The notes under the pieces are model-generated. The model ran no database searches, had not been told where the DNA came from, and saw nothing but the letters and a program-made list of their open reading frames with translations. From a virus (Duplodnaviria; Heunggongvirae; Uroviricota; Caudoviricetes), in the IMG/VR virus record IMGVR_UViG_3300017917_003521: 64,000 bases of DNA, one strand, 5' to 3'. The stretch's first letter is position 1; each line of letters starts with the position of its first letter. The position numbers were made by a program, and so were the translations under genes. Below are positions 37,852-48,841 of this stretch, in pieces.

Positions 37852-40800
37852 TATAGATTTATATTTTTTATAGCATCTTGTATTCCTATATTTACAATAT
37901 TCTTTATAATAGCTTGGTCTGACTCAAACTTTAAAGTATTTTCAACTTTATTAGATGTTAAATAATGATAATAATTATCCCAAGTTGACTTAAATATAAA
38001 AGTATCTACAGTCGTATATCCAAACTCATCTATCATTGGATAAATTGATTTTAAATCTTTAACATTGTATAATTTAAGTATACTTTCTTTATGATTAACT
38101 TTTCTTATTTTTCTTTCTTTGATTAAACCAAAATTTGTTAATGTTGTATCAAACTTGTAGTTACTTTCTATTACATTATAATTTGAATCAATTTTAGGAG
38201 ATTCAAATAAATCTATTGAGTAGAAAATAGGCATATAAAAACCGCTAAACCTATAGATAATATCATCTGTTATATTAACAGCACCACTGTAGTTTATAGT
38301 AGGTTTAGGTGTATCTTTATTAGATGTTATATCTGCCGCAATAGGTACATTATTATAATAATTCAAATTGTCTAAATTATTATTTATAGATTTTAATACT
38401 TTAGTTGGCTTCAAATCTTTTGGAGTTTCTAATGGTTTATAATTAATTGAATTATACTTCATTACAACTTCATCCGGTGTTTCACATGTTATAAAATAAG
38501 GAAGTCCTTCTATATTATTATAGTTGTACTTTTTAATTGTTCCGTCCTCATTTATTATTATGTAGTTAACATAATCAGTAAATCCGTTCTTACTTGATAA
38601 ATCATTTATAGATTGAATGAAATTATAAGCTGTTAGTTTAGAATTTAACTCATTGTATAAAATATCTCTATCCGATTCAGATAAATTACCAATTGTATTA
38701 TCAGCAATATCTATATTTATGAGTATATTTTTCCATTTTTTATTAATATAAATATTTATACCATTTTGTAACGTTGATTTTGATGTGTTACTATTTATCA
38801 TATAATATGAGTTGTTCATCTCTATTATAGGATTTGTAGATTGATTATAAATAATTGAAGTGTCCGGCACAAGAGAATAAACTCTAATCCAGTCAGATGA
38901 AACACCTGGCTCATTTCCAGTAGACGAACCAGAAGGTATACTTTGATATACTATATCTTCATGTACTACATAAGTAGAACTAGCATAAGATAAACTTGGA
39001 TTCCAAATTTGAATCTCTGACCATTTTTTACTAACTGATTGTGTTGCTACCCAATAATATTGACCAACATTATCAAATACATCTTTTTTATCTAAAGAAC
39101 TTCTAAATGCATTATAAACTTTTGAAACATTATAAGGCATTTGATAATCAGGTCGGTGATTATTGCTTGATGTCATAGACATATAATATTGACCTTTAAA
39201 TAGAACAACACTACCTAATGAATAACCAGTTGAATCAGAAGTTACAGGGTTCCATAAATCATCTGTTCCACCTGTATAATAATAGTAGTCTCCATTATTA
39301 TAAATCACATCTCCATTTTGACCAACTCCATTACCTGGGTAAGTACCAGTAGGATTCCAAAATATAGAATTAAACCCTGGTGTATAAACAGTCCAACCAG
39401 TTTGATTATATGGTGCTGATATTGCATTTTTTATTAAACTATACTCTTTTATCGGATTTGTTGTTATAGATATAATTGAAGATTGGTATAAAATATCATC
39501 TTTAACAACTATATCACCTGGTTGATAAGTTTTATCCATCTTCCAATCATCAAATATAGTCCAACTCATTAGATTCTGAGATTGAGTAAGTGAGCCAAAA
39601 TTATCACCAGATGGTGAATCAATAACAGCCCAATCATTATCTGATAGAAGAATTGAGAATTTATATCCATCAAAACTATTTGATGTTTTTAAGTTAAATA
39701 CTTCTACTTTTCCAGTCTCATCTTTTCTAGCATTCTCAATATCATAAATTAAAAACTTTAATCCCCTAAATAATGTTATATTAGGTATAGATTTATCACC
39801 TTTATTAAATAGTGAATATTTTTTTGAATTTTTCTTTATTTTATAGTTATCAAAGATAGAATTCATTTCAAAGAAATGAGAAAAGTAATCAAAGATATAT
39901 GTAGCAGATGATGTAGCAGATGATGAATAAGTTCCTAAATTTAAATATTTATTTAACTCAAATTTAAATGATGTGTCTATTCCAGACTTATTTTGTTTTT
40001 CAACATGTAAACTATGGTGTACATAAGAATATGTAGATGAGTTTATAGTATAGAAGTAGTCTAAATTTCTTTCTATTCTTTTAGGATTAGGATCAAACGG
40101 ATTAGTAGTTCTATTGTAATCTTCAAATAACAAAGAGTTATTAAGTAAATAAGGTACATCATTAGCTGATATAGAGTTTTGAAATCCCCATCTACAATAC
40201 ACATCATTCTTTCTCCATATCTCTGATAAATCACCATTATCTATTTTAAATGTTTCATAATTTGCTGTATACTCAGATGATACTGGTATATTAATAACTT
40301 CTCCTTTATATACAAAATCATCATAGTTTCTAGGAATTGATTTACTAGAAAGATCAATCATATACATTTTACTTTCATCTGTTTCTGTAAGATCATACTT
40401 TTTCTCATATTCAAATTTTGAATATTCAGTATCTACTATTCTAGTATCAAAATCTTTTATATCAGTGAATTTTAACTTATAGATATTAAACTTTTTTGGT
40501 GGATTATTAGCATCAACAATAAAGCTAACTTTTTTAGTATAACTAGGATCTGATTTATTTACAAAATAAGTATAATCATTCTCATTAATTTTAAATGAAT
40601 AGTCACTGTTTATTCTAATTCTAGTTGTTTCAGTAACTACACCATTTACTAATTCTGGTCCTTTCTCTCTTACTAAATTATGAAAAACACCATCTATTTC
40701 AATTAACCAAACATCAGCGGTGTCCCAATCTGAGATTTCATAATTAGTGTTATCATACTTTAATAATCTATTAGGATAAGTTGTTTCATCACCTATCAAT

Positions 40801-41963
40801 CCAGTGTTTTTATTTAACATTGATTGTTTTCCAGATAAATTAATATCTGATATTATTCTATACTTAGTGACTTTTTTAGTAGAATACTCTTGTGAAATAA
40901 CCTGACCACTTTTAATTGGTTGTAAAACTGAAGGTATTTCTTCAACAAATTTTTCAACTTTATAATACTCACTATTATATTCGACATAATATATCTTATG
41001 ATCAAGAAAGCCTTCCATAAAAGGATCTTCACTTGTTGGTGATTGTAATATATTACCATCTAAAATAACAACATCATTTTTAAGAAATGGTGTTATGTAA
41101 GGTGATATACTTGTTACTTTAACCATATCATCTATATAAAACCCGTAGTATCTATTTATTGACCATTTTCTAAGTGTATCTGAGTTTGCTGGTGTATCAT
41201 CAAAAAGAAAAGACATGTTTAGTATATTTGGAAAGACAATTTTATTATTTTTGTATCCATCAAATATAAATCTCTCAAACTCAAATATTTCTTTTTCTTC
41301 TCTATATACAGATTCTAAGAACATAGATTTGCTAGTATAACCACCTGTTTCATAATCAATACCATTCCATTTAGAAAACTCTAAATTGTCAAAACTCATC
41401 TCAAATGGTGTTAAAGGAAAAAAAGAGTTACTACTAAAGTTTGTATCAAGCCACTCACCTAAAACTGACTTTTTTGTCAAATCAAAAATCTTAACAGTTT
41501 TAAGGTTGTTTAATATTTTTGATTTAAAGTTTTCTTTTTTAACCTCATCAACTCCAGGCCCATCAACTCTAAATATTATAAAGTTTTTTGGTAATCCTAA
41601 TGTTGATATGTATAATGGTGCAAAATATTCAAACTCTTCTTTATAGTTTTTATTGTTAATAATATTTCTAGCACCATATTGATATATCTCGTCATATTGT
41701 AAAGAGTAGTCTTTACTAGAAGAGTCAACATCTTTTTCATATTTTATAAAAAATGCAGTTTCAGATGGAAGTTTATCATAGAAATAAGGAATCAACTCAT
41801 CATAATAATTATTCTTAATAAAAGAAACTTTCTTAAACTTTGAGTTTGAGAGTTCTTCTTTAGACTCAATGCTATTAAGTGATAGATTATAATTACTATC
41901 TACCATTACTTTAACATTTGTTGTTAATCCTACATTAGTTCTTAATATTGCAAAACTTTTCAC
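37851..41963 (-). CDS. large virion structural protein (1370 aa)
   Basis: Long N/Y/S-rich ORF in the structural block. No motif recognised. Confidence 0.5.
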   Translation of the reverse strand: MKSFAILRTNVGLTTNVKVMVDSNYNLSLNSIESKEELSNSKFKKVSFIKNNYYDELIPYFYDKLPSETAFFIKYEKDVDSSSKDYSLQYDEIYQYGARNIINNKNYKEEFEYFAPLYISTLGLPKNFIIFRVDGPGVDEVKKENFKSKILNNLKTVKIFDLTKKSVLGEWLDTNFSSNSFFPLTPFEMSFDNLEFSKWNGIDYETGGYTSKSMFLESVYREEKEIFEFERFIFDGYKNNKIVFPNILNMSFLFDDTPANSDTLRKWSINRYYGFYIDDMVKVTSISPYITPFLKNDVVILDGNILQSPTSEDPFMEGFLDHKIYYVEYNSEYYKVEKFVEEIPSVLQPIKSGQVISQEYSTKKVTKYRIISDINLSGKQSMLNKNTGLIGDETTYPNRLLKYDNTNYEISDWDTADVWLIEIDGVFHNLVREKGPELVNGVVTETTRIRINSDYSFKINENDYTYFVNKSDPSYTKKVSFIVDANNPPKKFNIYKLKFTDIKDFDTRIVDTEYSKFEYEKKYDLTETDESKMYMIDLSSKSIPRNYDDFVYKGEVINIPVSSEYTANYETFKIDNGDLSEIWRKNDVYCRWGFQNSISANDVPYLLNNSLLFEDYNRTTNPFDPNPKRIERNLDYFYTINSSTYSYVHHSLHVEKQNKSGIDTSFKFELNKYLNLGTYSSSATSSATYIFDYFSHFFEMNSIFDNYKIKKNSKKYSLFNKGDKSIPNITLFRGLKFLIYDIENARKDETGKVEVFNLKTSNSFDGYKFSILLSDNDWAVIDSPSGDNFGSLTQSQNLMSWTIFDDWKMDKTYQPGDIVVKDDILYQSSIISITTNPIKEYSLIKNAISAPYNQTGWTVYTPGFNSIFWNPTGTYPGNGVGQNGDVIYNNGDYYYYTGGTDDLWNPVTSDSTGYSLGSVVLFKGQYYMSMTSSNNHRPDYQMPYNVSKVYNAFRSSLDKKDVFDNVGQYYWVATQSVSKKWSEIQIWNPSLSYASSTYVVHEDIVYQSIPSGSSTGNEPGVSSDWIRVYSLVPDTSIIYNQSTNPIIEMNNSYYMINSNTSKSTLQNGINIYINKKWKNILINIDIADNTIGNLSESDRDILYNELNSKLTAYNFIQSINDLSSKNGFTDYVNYIIINEDGTIKKYNYNNIEGLPYFITCETPDEVVMKYNSINYKPLETPKDLKPTKVLKSINNNLDNLNYYNNVPIAADITSNKDTPKPTINYSGAVNITDDIIYRFSGFYMPIFYSIDLFESPKIDSNYNVIESNYKFDTTLTNFGLIKERKIRKVNHKESILKLYNVKDLKSIYPMIDEFGYTTVDTFIFKSTWDNYYHYLTSNKVENTLKFESDQAIIKNIVNIGIQDAIKNINL

Positions 41964-41977
41964 CTAATAAAATTATT

Positions 41978-44900
41978 TTATCTTACAGAAACATTTATAG
42001 CCTGTGTAGCCTTTTTAACTATTACTTTACTTCTATTTATGTTAAATTTAATACTAAAAGTAAACGGTCTATTTTCAGCTTCATTTTCTAAGAAAAACTT
42101 AACTTTCTTAATATGCTTAACAGTTTGTTTACTTGAGTTTAAGTTTACATATTTATAGTTTAATCCATTTTGATTAATATCAAGTGAATTTAATTTAAAG
42201 TAAATATTAATAGGTATAATAATTGAATTATTATCACCAGTATTAACTGTTTTAACCTTTTCTGAATTTGTTTCTACTATAGTTTCTAAGTTAGGAACAA
42301 CAGGATGAATAGTTGTTAATAATTTAGAAGTTGAAGAGACAGATGGATTTGTATCTACCCATTTCGAAGGATCTAATAAAGATTTATTGTTACCAACAAA
42401 TGATAATATAGAAGATTCATTAAATCCAACATTATACTCACTAGAGGATAATACATTTGTTATTGAGTTAGAAACATTTGTTGTAAATAAATTACCAATA
42501 TTCTCTGATAGTTTAGTAACACTTGTTTCTAAAACAGAATCGTAGTTAACCATCCAGATAAATTGATTATCTAATTGGCTTCTAGTTTGACCACTTGTAT
42601 CTGATGTTATTAACTCATCCTGGTCATTAACCCAGAAAGTTTGTGGTGCCGCTGTATTATAGTAGCTAGGATTTTGTAAATATGTTCTATTTGATAATAA
42701 TCCTAATGCAGAACTTGTTGATTTATTTCTAATCTTAACAACAAAATCTTTTATAACATAGATATTGTTAGCATATACTCTACCTGTTGGTATTCCTGCT
42801 CCACTGTAAGAGTCTAAATAATCTTCACATTCAACATTGAATGTTGTTTCACTTCCATTAGATATAACAAACTCTTGGTTATTTCTAAGAATAACAACTT
42901 CAAGTTCACCTTTAACTCTTTTAATTCTTTCTTCTAGTGATGATATTCTATCTTGAAGACTCTTTAAATATGTAAATAAATCTAAGGCTACACCGTTTTC
43001 ATCTTTGAAACCTGATAATATCTTATCACTATCATGATGATATGTTAAATTATTAACAACTACTGTATCAGATAAGTGATCATCTAAACCTTTAGCTGAT
43101 AGCTCTTGGTTCATTTTAATCTTTAAATCTTCTGATGTTGCTTCTTTTAATATGAAATCACTTTCATTTAATACATTATTTAAATCATCCGGAAACTCAA
43201 CTGTTAAAATCTCAGACCAGTCTGATTCAGTAGGTGACTCAGGCCAACCAACTTCAGAAATTGATTTAATTCTTATTTCTATTTTTTCATTTGCTTGAAT
43301 ACTAAGATCTAATTGGTTTATATTTGGTGTATCAGCGTTTTCAATATCTTCAATTTCCCAAGTATATTCACCATTTGCTGGATTATAGTTTCTTTTTCTA
43401 GCATCTGTCTTAAACTCATTCCAATTAGAGAATGCAGCTTTTGATTGTGTGTTATCAACTGTAAATGTTTCTACAGGTGGCTCAGCACCATCTTTAGATA
43501 CATATCTATATTGAACTCTAAATTGAACAATTTCTTGTGGTCTAGTTCCTCTTGTAATAACAGGTGATGGAATAGTCCAGAAACCTCTAACTCTAAACTT
43601 AGGTTCTACTTTTGTTTTAGGGTTATTAGATAATGTTAATATTTCTTGTGTAGTTGTTGCTAATAACTTACTTCTACTATCTTTTTTTCTAATAAGTTCT
43701 TCTATTTCAAGAGCTACTTGTTTTTTCTCTGCTTCAGATTTAAATTTAACAAATTTAGATTTAGCATTTTTATCAACTATAGCATCTTGTATTTGTTGAA
43801 CCTCTGATTTTAAAGTTAACTGATAGTTATGCTTTTGTTTAATTAAATTAGAATCTGGTGTATCTGTTAAGTGTCTATTTATCTGAACAACTTTGAAATT
43901 ATCTAAATTTAATGTTGGTGATATTGGTGTACCTGATAGTGAATTAGGTGTTTTCTTAGCAACTAAATCCTTTAATACTGTACCATAGTCATATACATAG
44001 TCTGTATAGAATTGTTCCATAGTAAGACCATTTTGAGGAGCTGTTGAATCTAATGTTAAGTCATTAGACCAAAAACCAGTACCTAAACTCCAGTTTCTAG
44101 CTAACAAGTGATTATCAGCATTAATTGGTTTAACAAATATCACGTTTCTTTCATTATAGCCAATACTAATTTTAACTGTCTTATTGTAAATAACAGGTGA
44201 ATATATTTTAAGACTTCCTAAAGCAACAGGTATAGGTTCCATTCCTTCAACTCTTTCAAGTCTAACTCTTGGTCTGGATTCAGCAGTAGAAACTTCAATA
44301 ACTTTATACCTTGTAGAAGTTTTTTCTGAATTAACAATAACCTCACTATCAATAGATAATTGAGCTGTTTCATTTGTTGACCTAACTAAATAAGTTAATG
44401 TGTCTAGTACATACCAAAGTTTTCTATTGATTCTATCTTCTTGTATTTCTAAAACACTAAACTGACCATCATATAATAAATCATGTGGATCTAAATCAAA
44501 TACCTCTTCATCAAATTTTGGATTAGTTGGATCAATAACACCGGGTGTTGTTGTATGCCAGTTTTCAAAATCTGTTATTAAAATACTAGAGTTACCTCTA
44601 AATAAAGTGTTAAAACTATTTAATGCAGATTGACCTAAATTAGTCAATGCACCAGAAGCATCTTTAGCAAAATCAACAATATACCTTCTAGATTGAATTT
44701 TTCTAACATTATTTTCTACTTTGCCTGTTAAATCTAACTCAACTGATATTATTGGACTCATTAAACCATCAAAGAACCAATTGTTTACAGCCTTAAATTT
44801 ATTTATAGTTCCTAATGCTCCGACCGCACTTGGTTCTCTGTTTAAGTCAACTGTGATTATCTTTTTATACTTGTTTTGATTTGAGGTTGCTATCATAGCA

Positions 44901-45145
44901 CCTGCTGCATCAATACTGTATAAAGAATTAATATTATTATTTAATCTATCAATTTCACCTTTTAGTGAGTTGAAAGAAGGTATTGCGAATGTTCTTAGAA
45001 CACCGTTTTCATCATATACTCTTATATTTACTGAGTTGTCTTGTGTAGTAGCAAGTGAATTAATTTGACTTAGAATTTCTATAATATTTTTATTAGAAGA
45101 AATTACCTGGTCTGCTACTGTCGGAAATGAACTTTGAATAGGCAT
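41978..45145 (-). CDS. large virion structural protein (1055 aa)
   Basis: Long ORF, first gene of the minus structural block. No motif recognised. Confidence 0.5.
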   Translation of the reverse strand: MPIQSSFPTVADQVISSNKNIIEILSQINSLATTQDNSVNIRVYDENGVLRTFAIPSFNSLKGEIDRLNNNINSLYSIDAAGAMIATSNQNKYKKIITVDLNREPSAVGALGTINKFKAVNNWFFDGLMSPIISVELDLTGKVENNVRKIQSRRYIVDFAKDASGALTNLGQSALNSFNTLFRGNSSILITDFENWHTTTPGVIDPTNPKFDEEVFDLDPHDLLYDGQFSVLEIQEDRINRKLWYVLDTLTYLVRSTNETAQLSIDSEVIVNSEKTSTRYKVIEVSTAESRPRVRLERVEGMEPIPVALGSLKIYSPVIYNKTVKISIGYNERNVIFVKPINADNHLLARNWSLGTGFWSNDLTLDSTAPQNGLTMEQFYTDYVYDYGTVLKDLVAKKTPNSLSGTPISPTLNLDNFKVVQINRHLTDTPDSNLIKQKHNYQLTLKSEVQQIQDAIVDKNAKSKFVKFKSEAEKKQVALEIEELIRKKDSRSKLLATTTQEILTLSNNPKTKVEPKFRVRGFWTIPSPVITRGTRPQEIVQFRVQYRYVSKDGAEPPVETFTVDNTQSKAAFSNWNEFKTDARKRNYNPANGEYTWEIEDIENADTPNINQLDLSIQANEKIEIRIKSISEVGWPESPTESDWSEILTVEFPDDLNNVLNESDFILKEATSEDLKIKMNQELSAKGLDDHLSDTVVVNNLTYHHDSDKILSGFKDENGVALDLFTYLKSLQDRISSLEERIKRVKGELEVVILRNNQEFVISNGSETTFNVECEDYLDSYSGAGIPTGRVYANNIYVIKDFVVKIRNKSTSSALGLLSNRTYLQNPSYYNTAAPQTFWVNDQDELITSDTSGQTRSQLDNQFIWMVNYDSVLETSVTKLSENIGNLFTTNVSNSITNVLSSSEYNVGFNESSILSFVGNNKSLLDPSKWVDTNPSVSSTSKLLTTIHPVVPNLETIVETNSEKVKTVNTGDNNSIIIPINIYFKLNSLDINQNGLNYKYVNLNSSKQTVKHIKKVKFFLENEAENRPFTFSIKFNINRSKVIVKKATQAINVSVR

Positions 45146-45235
45146 GTTTTTAATCTGTTGATTTTTTATTATATATTAAATTCTACTCATTTCTTTAATA
45201 TTTGTTTTTAGTAAATTATTTCTTATATTTGCTAC

Positions 45236-45475
45236 ATGATGAAAATTTATAAGATTACATTTAACGATGGTGGTTGGCATAGTGGTTCACTACCCAGTAT
45301 AACAATAGTTGCTAAGTCTAGTGATGATGCAAAAGAAAAAGCATTATCTGAAAATCCAAGATATAAGCAAGGATATGATGTTTGGGTTTCTGAGTTCAAG
45401 ATTGAGGGTTATGTAATTGAGGTGTATGACGAGAAGACATACAATCGTGATAAAAATATTGAAAAAATTCTTTAA
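45236..45475 (+). CDS. hypothetical protein
   Basis: 79-aa ORF. Confidence 0.35.
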   Translation: MMKIYKITFNDGGWHSGSLPSITIVAKSSDDAKEKALSENPRYKQGYDVWVSEFKIEGYVIEVYDEKTYNRDKNIEKIL

Positions 45476-45502
45476 TTAGTAAAAATTGATTATCTTTGTA
45501 AA

Positions 45503-47326
45503 ATGATTGAACAACTAAAAGCGCAAATTATTAAGGCGAATGATGCCTATAGATTGGGTGAACCAATTATATCAGATGCTAAATACGACCAATTGGTTGA
45601 GGAATTAGCACTATTATCTCCAAATGATGAGCTATTAACCAAAGTCGGTCACGTTGTAGCAGACGAATCTCGTAAAAGTAAACTTCCTATTGAGATGGCT
45701 TCAATGAATAAGATTAAGTCAATGGAAGATGTTGAAGATTGGTGCCGTCTTAAAGGTATTTCTAAGTCTGAATATGTAGTTATTACACCAAAATTTGATG
45801 GTCTCTCATTATGTGTTAATGAGACTACATCAGAGGCTTGGACTCGTGGTGATGGTGAGTATGGTCAAAAATCAAGCGAACATTATTCTTTGATTCAAAA
45901 TCATCTTAATTTAGATGAACAATCATTTTCTTTTACTTATGGTGAGGTAATGATGCCTAAGCAGGTATTTGTTGATAAATATTCAGCAGACTTTGCTAAT
46001 CCTCGTAACTTAGTGGCTGGTCTTTTGAATTCAAAAGAACCTAGTCAATCTTTGAAAGATTGTCAATATATTAAATATGGTGCAATCTGTAATAAGAACT
46101 TTTCAACTAAACAAGAATTATTAAACGAACTTAATATTGGTCAGAGTGTTAAAGTTCAATATCATATCTGTAAACTATCTGACCTTGATGAAGATTTACT
46201 AATTCAATTGTTTCATCAGTACTCAACTGATTATGAAATCGATGGATTAATTATAGAGTTAAATGATCTTAGTTTACAAAAGCAATTAGGTCGTGAAACT
46301 TCATCTAATAACCCTTGCTATGCAAGAGCATTCAAACATCCAAGTTTTGAACAGTCCGCTGAAACTGAAATCATCGGTATTTCTTGGAATATTTCTAAGC
46401 AAGGCTATCTAAAACCAACACTACATATTAACCCTGTTCGTTTAGATGGTGTTACTGTGTCTAATGTAACTGGTAACAATGCTCGTTTTGTAAAAGACCT
46501 AGGAATTGGAGTTGGTGCAAAAGTTGTAGTAAAGAGAAGTGGTATGGTTATTCCCATTATTGCTGATGTTATTACACCTGTTGAGTTTCAAATGCCTAAC
46601 GTTGATAATATCGACTGGAATGAGAATGGTGTTGAGTTAGTAACTCTTGTTGAAACTGACGACCAAAAACTTAAAAAGATTGTTGCCTTCTTTGAAATCC
46701 TAGAAGCAGACAATGTGTCAGAAGGCGTTATCACTCAACTTTGGGAAGCTGGTCACAAAACAATCAAAGATATTCTTAATCTTAAAAAAGAAGATTTAGA
46801 AAAGATTGACCGTTTTGGAAAACGTAAAGCCGAAATCGTCTATAACTCAATTCAAAAATCTATTACTGGTGTTCAACTTTCTAAAGTTCAACACGCTACC
46901 GGTATCTTTAAAGGTCTTGGTAGTAAGAAACTGGCTTTACTTGAACATTTCACAACTAAACCAAGTTTAGACCAAGTGATGTCTATTGAGGGATTTGCTG
47001 AAGTTTCTGCTAAATCATATATTGATAGTTATGATGTGTACTTTGACTTTGTTAAAGACTTACCAATCACTATTGAAGAAAAAGTAAAAGCTGTTGCTGT
47101 TGGAACCGACCTAGAAGGTAAACAATTTGTATTCACCGGTGTTCGTAGAGCTGACTTGGAATCAGTTATCGAATCTCGTGGTGGTAAGATTGGTTCTGGT
47201 GTTAGTAAAAATACAACACACCTTGTGATGAAATCTGTTGGTTCTGGCTCTTCTAAAGAAAAGAAAGCAATTGAATTAGGAGTTGAAGTTATTACTGTTG
47301 AACAATTAGAAAATTTATTAGCATAA
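45503..47326 (+). CDS. ligA: NAD-dependent DNA ligase
   Basis: Adenylation motif KxDG in 'VITPKFDGLSL', LigA-type N-terminus 'AYRLGEPIISDAKYDQL', and a C-terminal BRCT 'KQFVFTGVRRADLESVIESRGGKIGSGVSKNTTHLV'. Confidence 0.85.
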   Translation: MIEQLKAQIIKANDAYRLGEPIISDAKYDQLVEELALLSPNDELLTKVGHVVADESRKSKLPIEMASMNKIKSMEDVEDWCRLKGISKSEYVVITPKFDGLSLCVNETTSEAWTRGDGEYGQKSSEHYSLIQNHLNLDEQSFSFTYGEVMMPKQVFVDKYSADFANPRNLVAGLLNSKEPSQSLKDCQYIKYGAICNKNFSTKQELLNELNIGQSVKVQYHICKLSDLDEDLLIQLFHQYSTDYEIDGLIIELNDLSLQKQLGRETSSNNPCYARAFKHPSFEQSAETEIIGISWNISKQGYLKPTLHINPVRLDGVTVSNVTGNNARFVKDLGIGVGAKVVVKRSGMVIPIIADVITPVEFQMPNVDNIDWNENGVELVTLVETDDQKLKKIVAFFEILEADNVSEGVITQLWEAGHKTIKDILNLKKEDLEKIDRFGKRKAEIVYNSIQKSITGVQLSKVQHATGIFKGLGSKKLALLEHFTTKPSLDQVMSIEGFAEVSAKSYIDSYDVYFDFVKDLPITIEEKVKAVAVGTDLEGKQFVFTGVRRADLESVIESRGGKIGSGVSKNTTHLVMKSVGSGSSKEKKAIELGVEVITVEQLENLLA

Positions 47327-47329
47327 TTT

Positions 47330-47671
47330 ATGTCACTAATACATCATTTAGGAAAAGCGGAGACCTCTCAAGAAGGCGTGAATGATTTAGTAAAAGATTT
47401 AGAAACTTGTGTACAAACACTTGAGAATATCAATAGTATTCTAAAAGGTTCAAAATCAAGTGGAAGATCATATGTAGAAACTGAAGTCAATAAAAAAATT
47501 GAAGATGGTATATTAGATTCAATTCATAATGCTAATAATCACCAATTAAGTGTTATATTAAATGGTGGCTATAGATTCAGATTTTATACTGAATTGAATA
47601 ATAAAGAAACATTAAGAAACGAAATACAAAAAAGATTAAGAGATAACAAATTAAAAGAATTAGGACTATGA
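47330..47671 (+). CDS. hypothetical protein
   Basis: 113-aa ORF. Confidence 0.4.
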   Translation: MSLIHHLGKAETSQEGVNDLVKDLETCVQTLENINSILKGSKSSGRSYVETEVNKKIEDGILDSIHNANNHQLSVILNGGYRFRFYTELNNKETLRNEIQKRLRDNKLKELGL

Positions 47672-48051
47672 TATTTTTAGGAATTTTAATAGGATTTATT
47701 TTAGGTCTTCCAATTGGATTTATTAAGTGGAAGAAAAAACAAGAACCTGTTGTTGAGAAATATACAAGACGAGGTTTATTAGGTAAAGAATTTAGCGTAA
47801 CTGATGGTATAACCGGTAGAAAAAGCACAGTTGAGTGTAACTTTGAAATTGGTGAATTAGAATCAACAGATACTCTTTCAAAAATTGAAGTAATATTTGT
47901 TAAATCAAATCAATCTGAATATAACACAGACTCTAATAAAAAGAGATTGATTGATATGATTGACAATACTTGGGTTAACTCCAAGGATATTATGTGGATT
48001 ACAACTACGGCTGATGTTAGAAACAAAAAAATAGACCAAGTTTTAAATTAA
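47668..48051 (+). CDS. membrane-anchored hypothetical protein with conserved C-terminal ADVRNKKIDQVLN tail
   Basis: N-terminal TM 'IFLGILIGFILGLPIGFI'. The C-terminal 13 residues match the end of the ORF at 48502-48807. Confidence 0.4.
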   Translation: MIFLGILIGFILGLPIGFIKWKKKQEPVVEKYTRRGLLGKEFSVTDGITGRKSTVECNFEIGELESTDTLSKIEVIFVKSNQSEYNTDSNKKRLIDMIDNTWVNSKDIMWITTTADVRNKKIDQVLN

Positions 48052-48052
48052 T

Positions 48053-48505
48053 ATGGACAAACAAAAACTAGATAATATATTTAGTTATCTACCACCCTCA
48101 CTTGATAAGGTTAAAGATAAACTATATGAGAATGGTGATGAAGTTGGTCTTAAAACTGGTTATGAGCCTTATATTCAACACACACCAGAAGTGGTAGAAG
48201 AAGTACAGGCGACATTTATAGAACTATGTGTAAAAGAAGGTGTTTTACCTGAGAAGTTTTTAGAAGGTAAAATTCATCGTCAAGGTATTATCGGTAGATA
48301 TTTAGATGATTCTGGTTCTGGTACTTATAAATATTGGCATAGATTTATGTGTATTGATGAAAAGTATCGTGAGTGGGAACAGCCTTATTATGCAATAAAC
48401 ATTGAGAAAGAAGGAAAAAATTTTACTGGAGTTTGTATTAACACTTTATCACCAGATTTAGTGACATTCTTTAGAGACCAAAAAATTAAAGAGTTACTAT
48501 CATGA
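48053..48505 (+). CDS. hypothetical protein
   Basis: 150-aa ORF. Confidence 0.4.
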   Translation: MDKQKLDNIFSYLPPSLDKVKDKLYENGDEVGLKTGYEPYIQHTPEVVEEVQATFIELCVKEGVLPEKFLEGKIHRQGIIGRYLDDSGSGTYKYWHRFMCIDEKYREWEQPYYAINIEKEGKNFTGVCINTLSPDLVTFFRDQKIKELLS

Positions 48506-48807
48506 AATTTGAAGAAGTTAAATTTCCACATATAAAGTATATTTCTGAAATCCAAGATAAACCTGAAACAGAAAGTACTCTTTATTATCTTGGTGGTGAA
48601 CCTGAAGAAAACCATTCAAGATTGACTATAGGTAAAAAATATATTGTCAGAACTGCATCATACTCACCCACATCTGATGTTGAGAGAGTTAGTGTGTGGA
48701 CATGTTCTGATGATGAAAATAAAGGAAAATTATGTAGGATAAATCTAGATAATTTTGGTACCTTTGCAGATGTTCGTAATAATAAAATCAATCAAATAAT
48801 CAATTAG
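48502..48807 (+). CDS. hypothetical protein with conserved C-terminal ADVRNNKINQIIN tail
   Basis: The C-terminal tail is paralogous to that of 47668-48051. Confidence 0.4.
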   Translation: MKFEEVKFPHIKYISEIQDKPETESTLYYLGGEPEENHSRLTIGKKYIVRTASYSPTSDVERVSVWTCSDDENKGKLCRINLDNFGTFADVRNNKINQIIN

Positions 48808-48841
48808 TGAATTAAAATTAAAATACCTATAAACAATAAAC

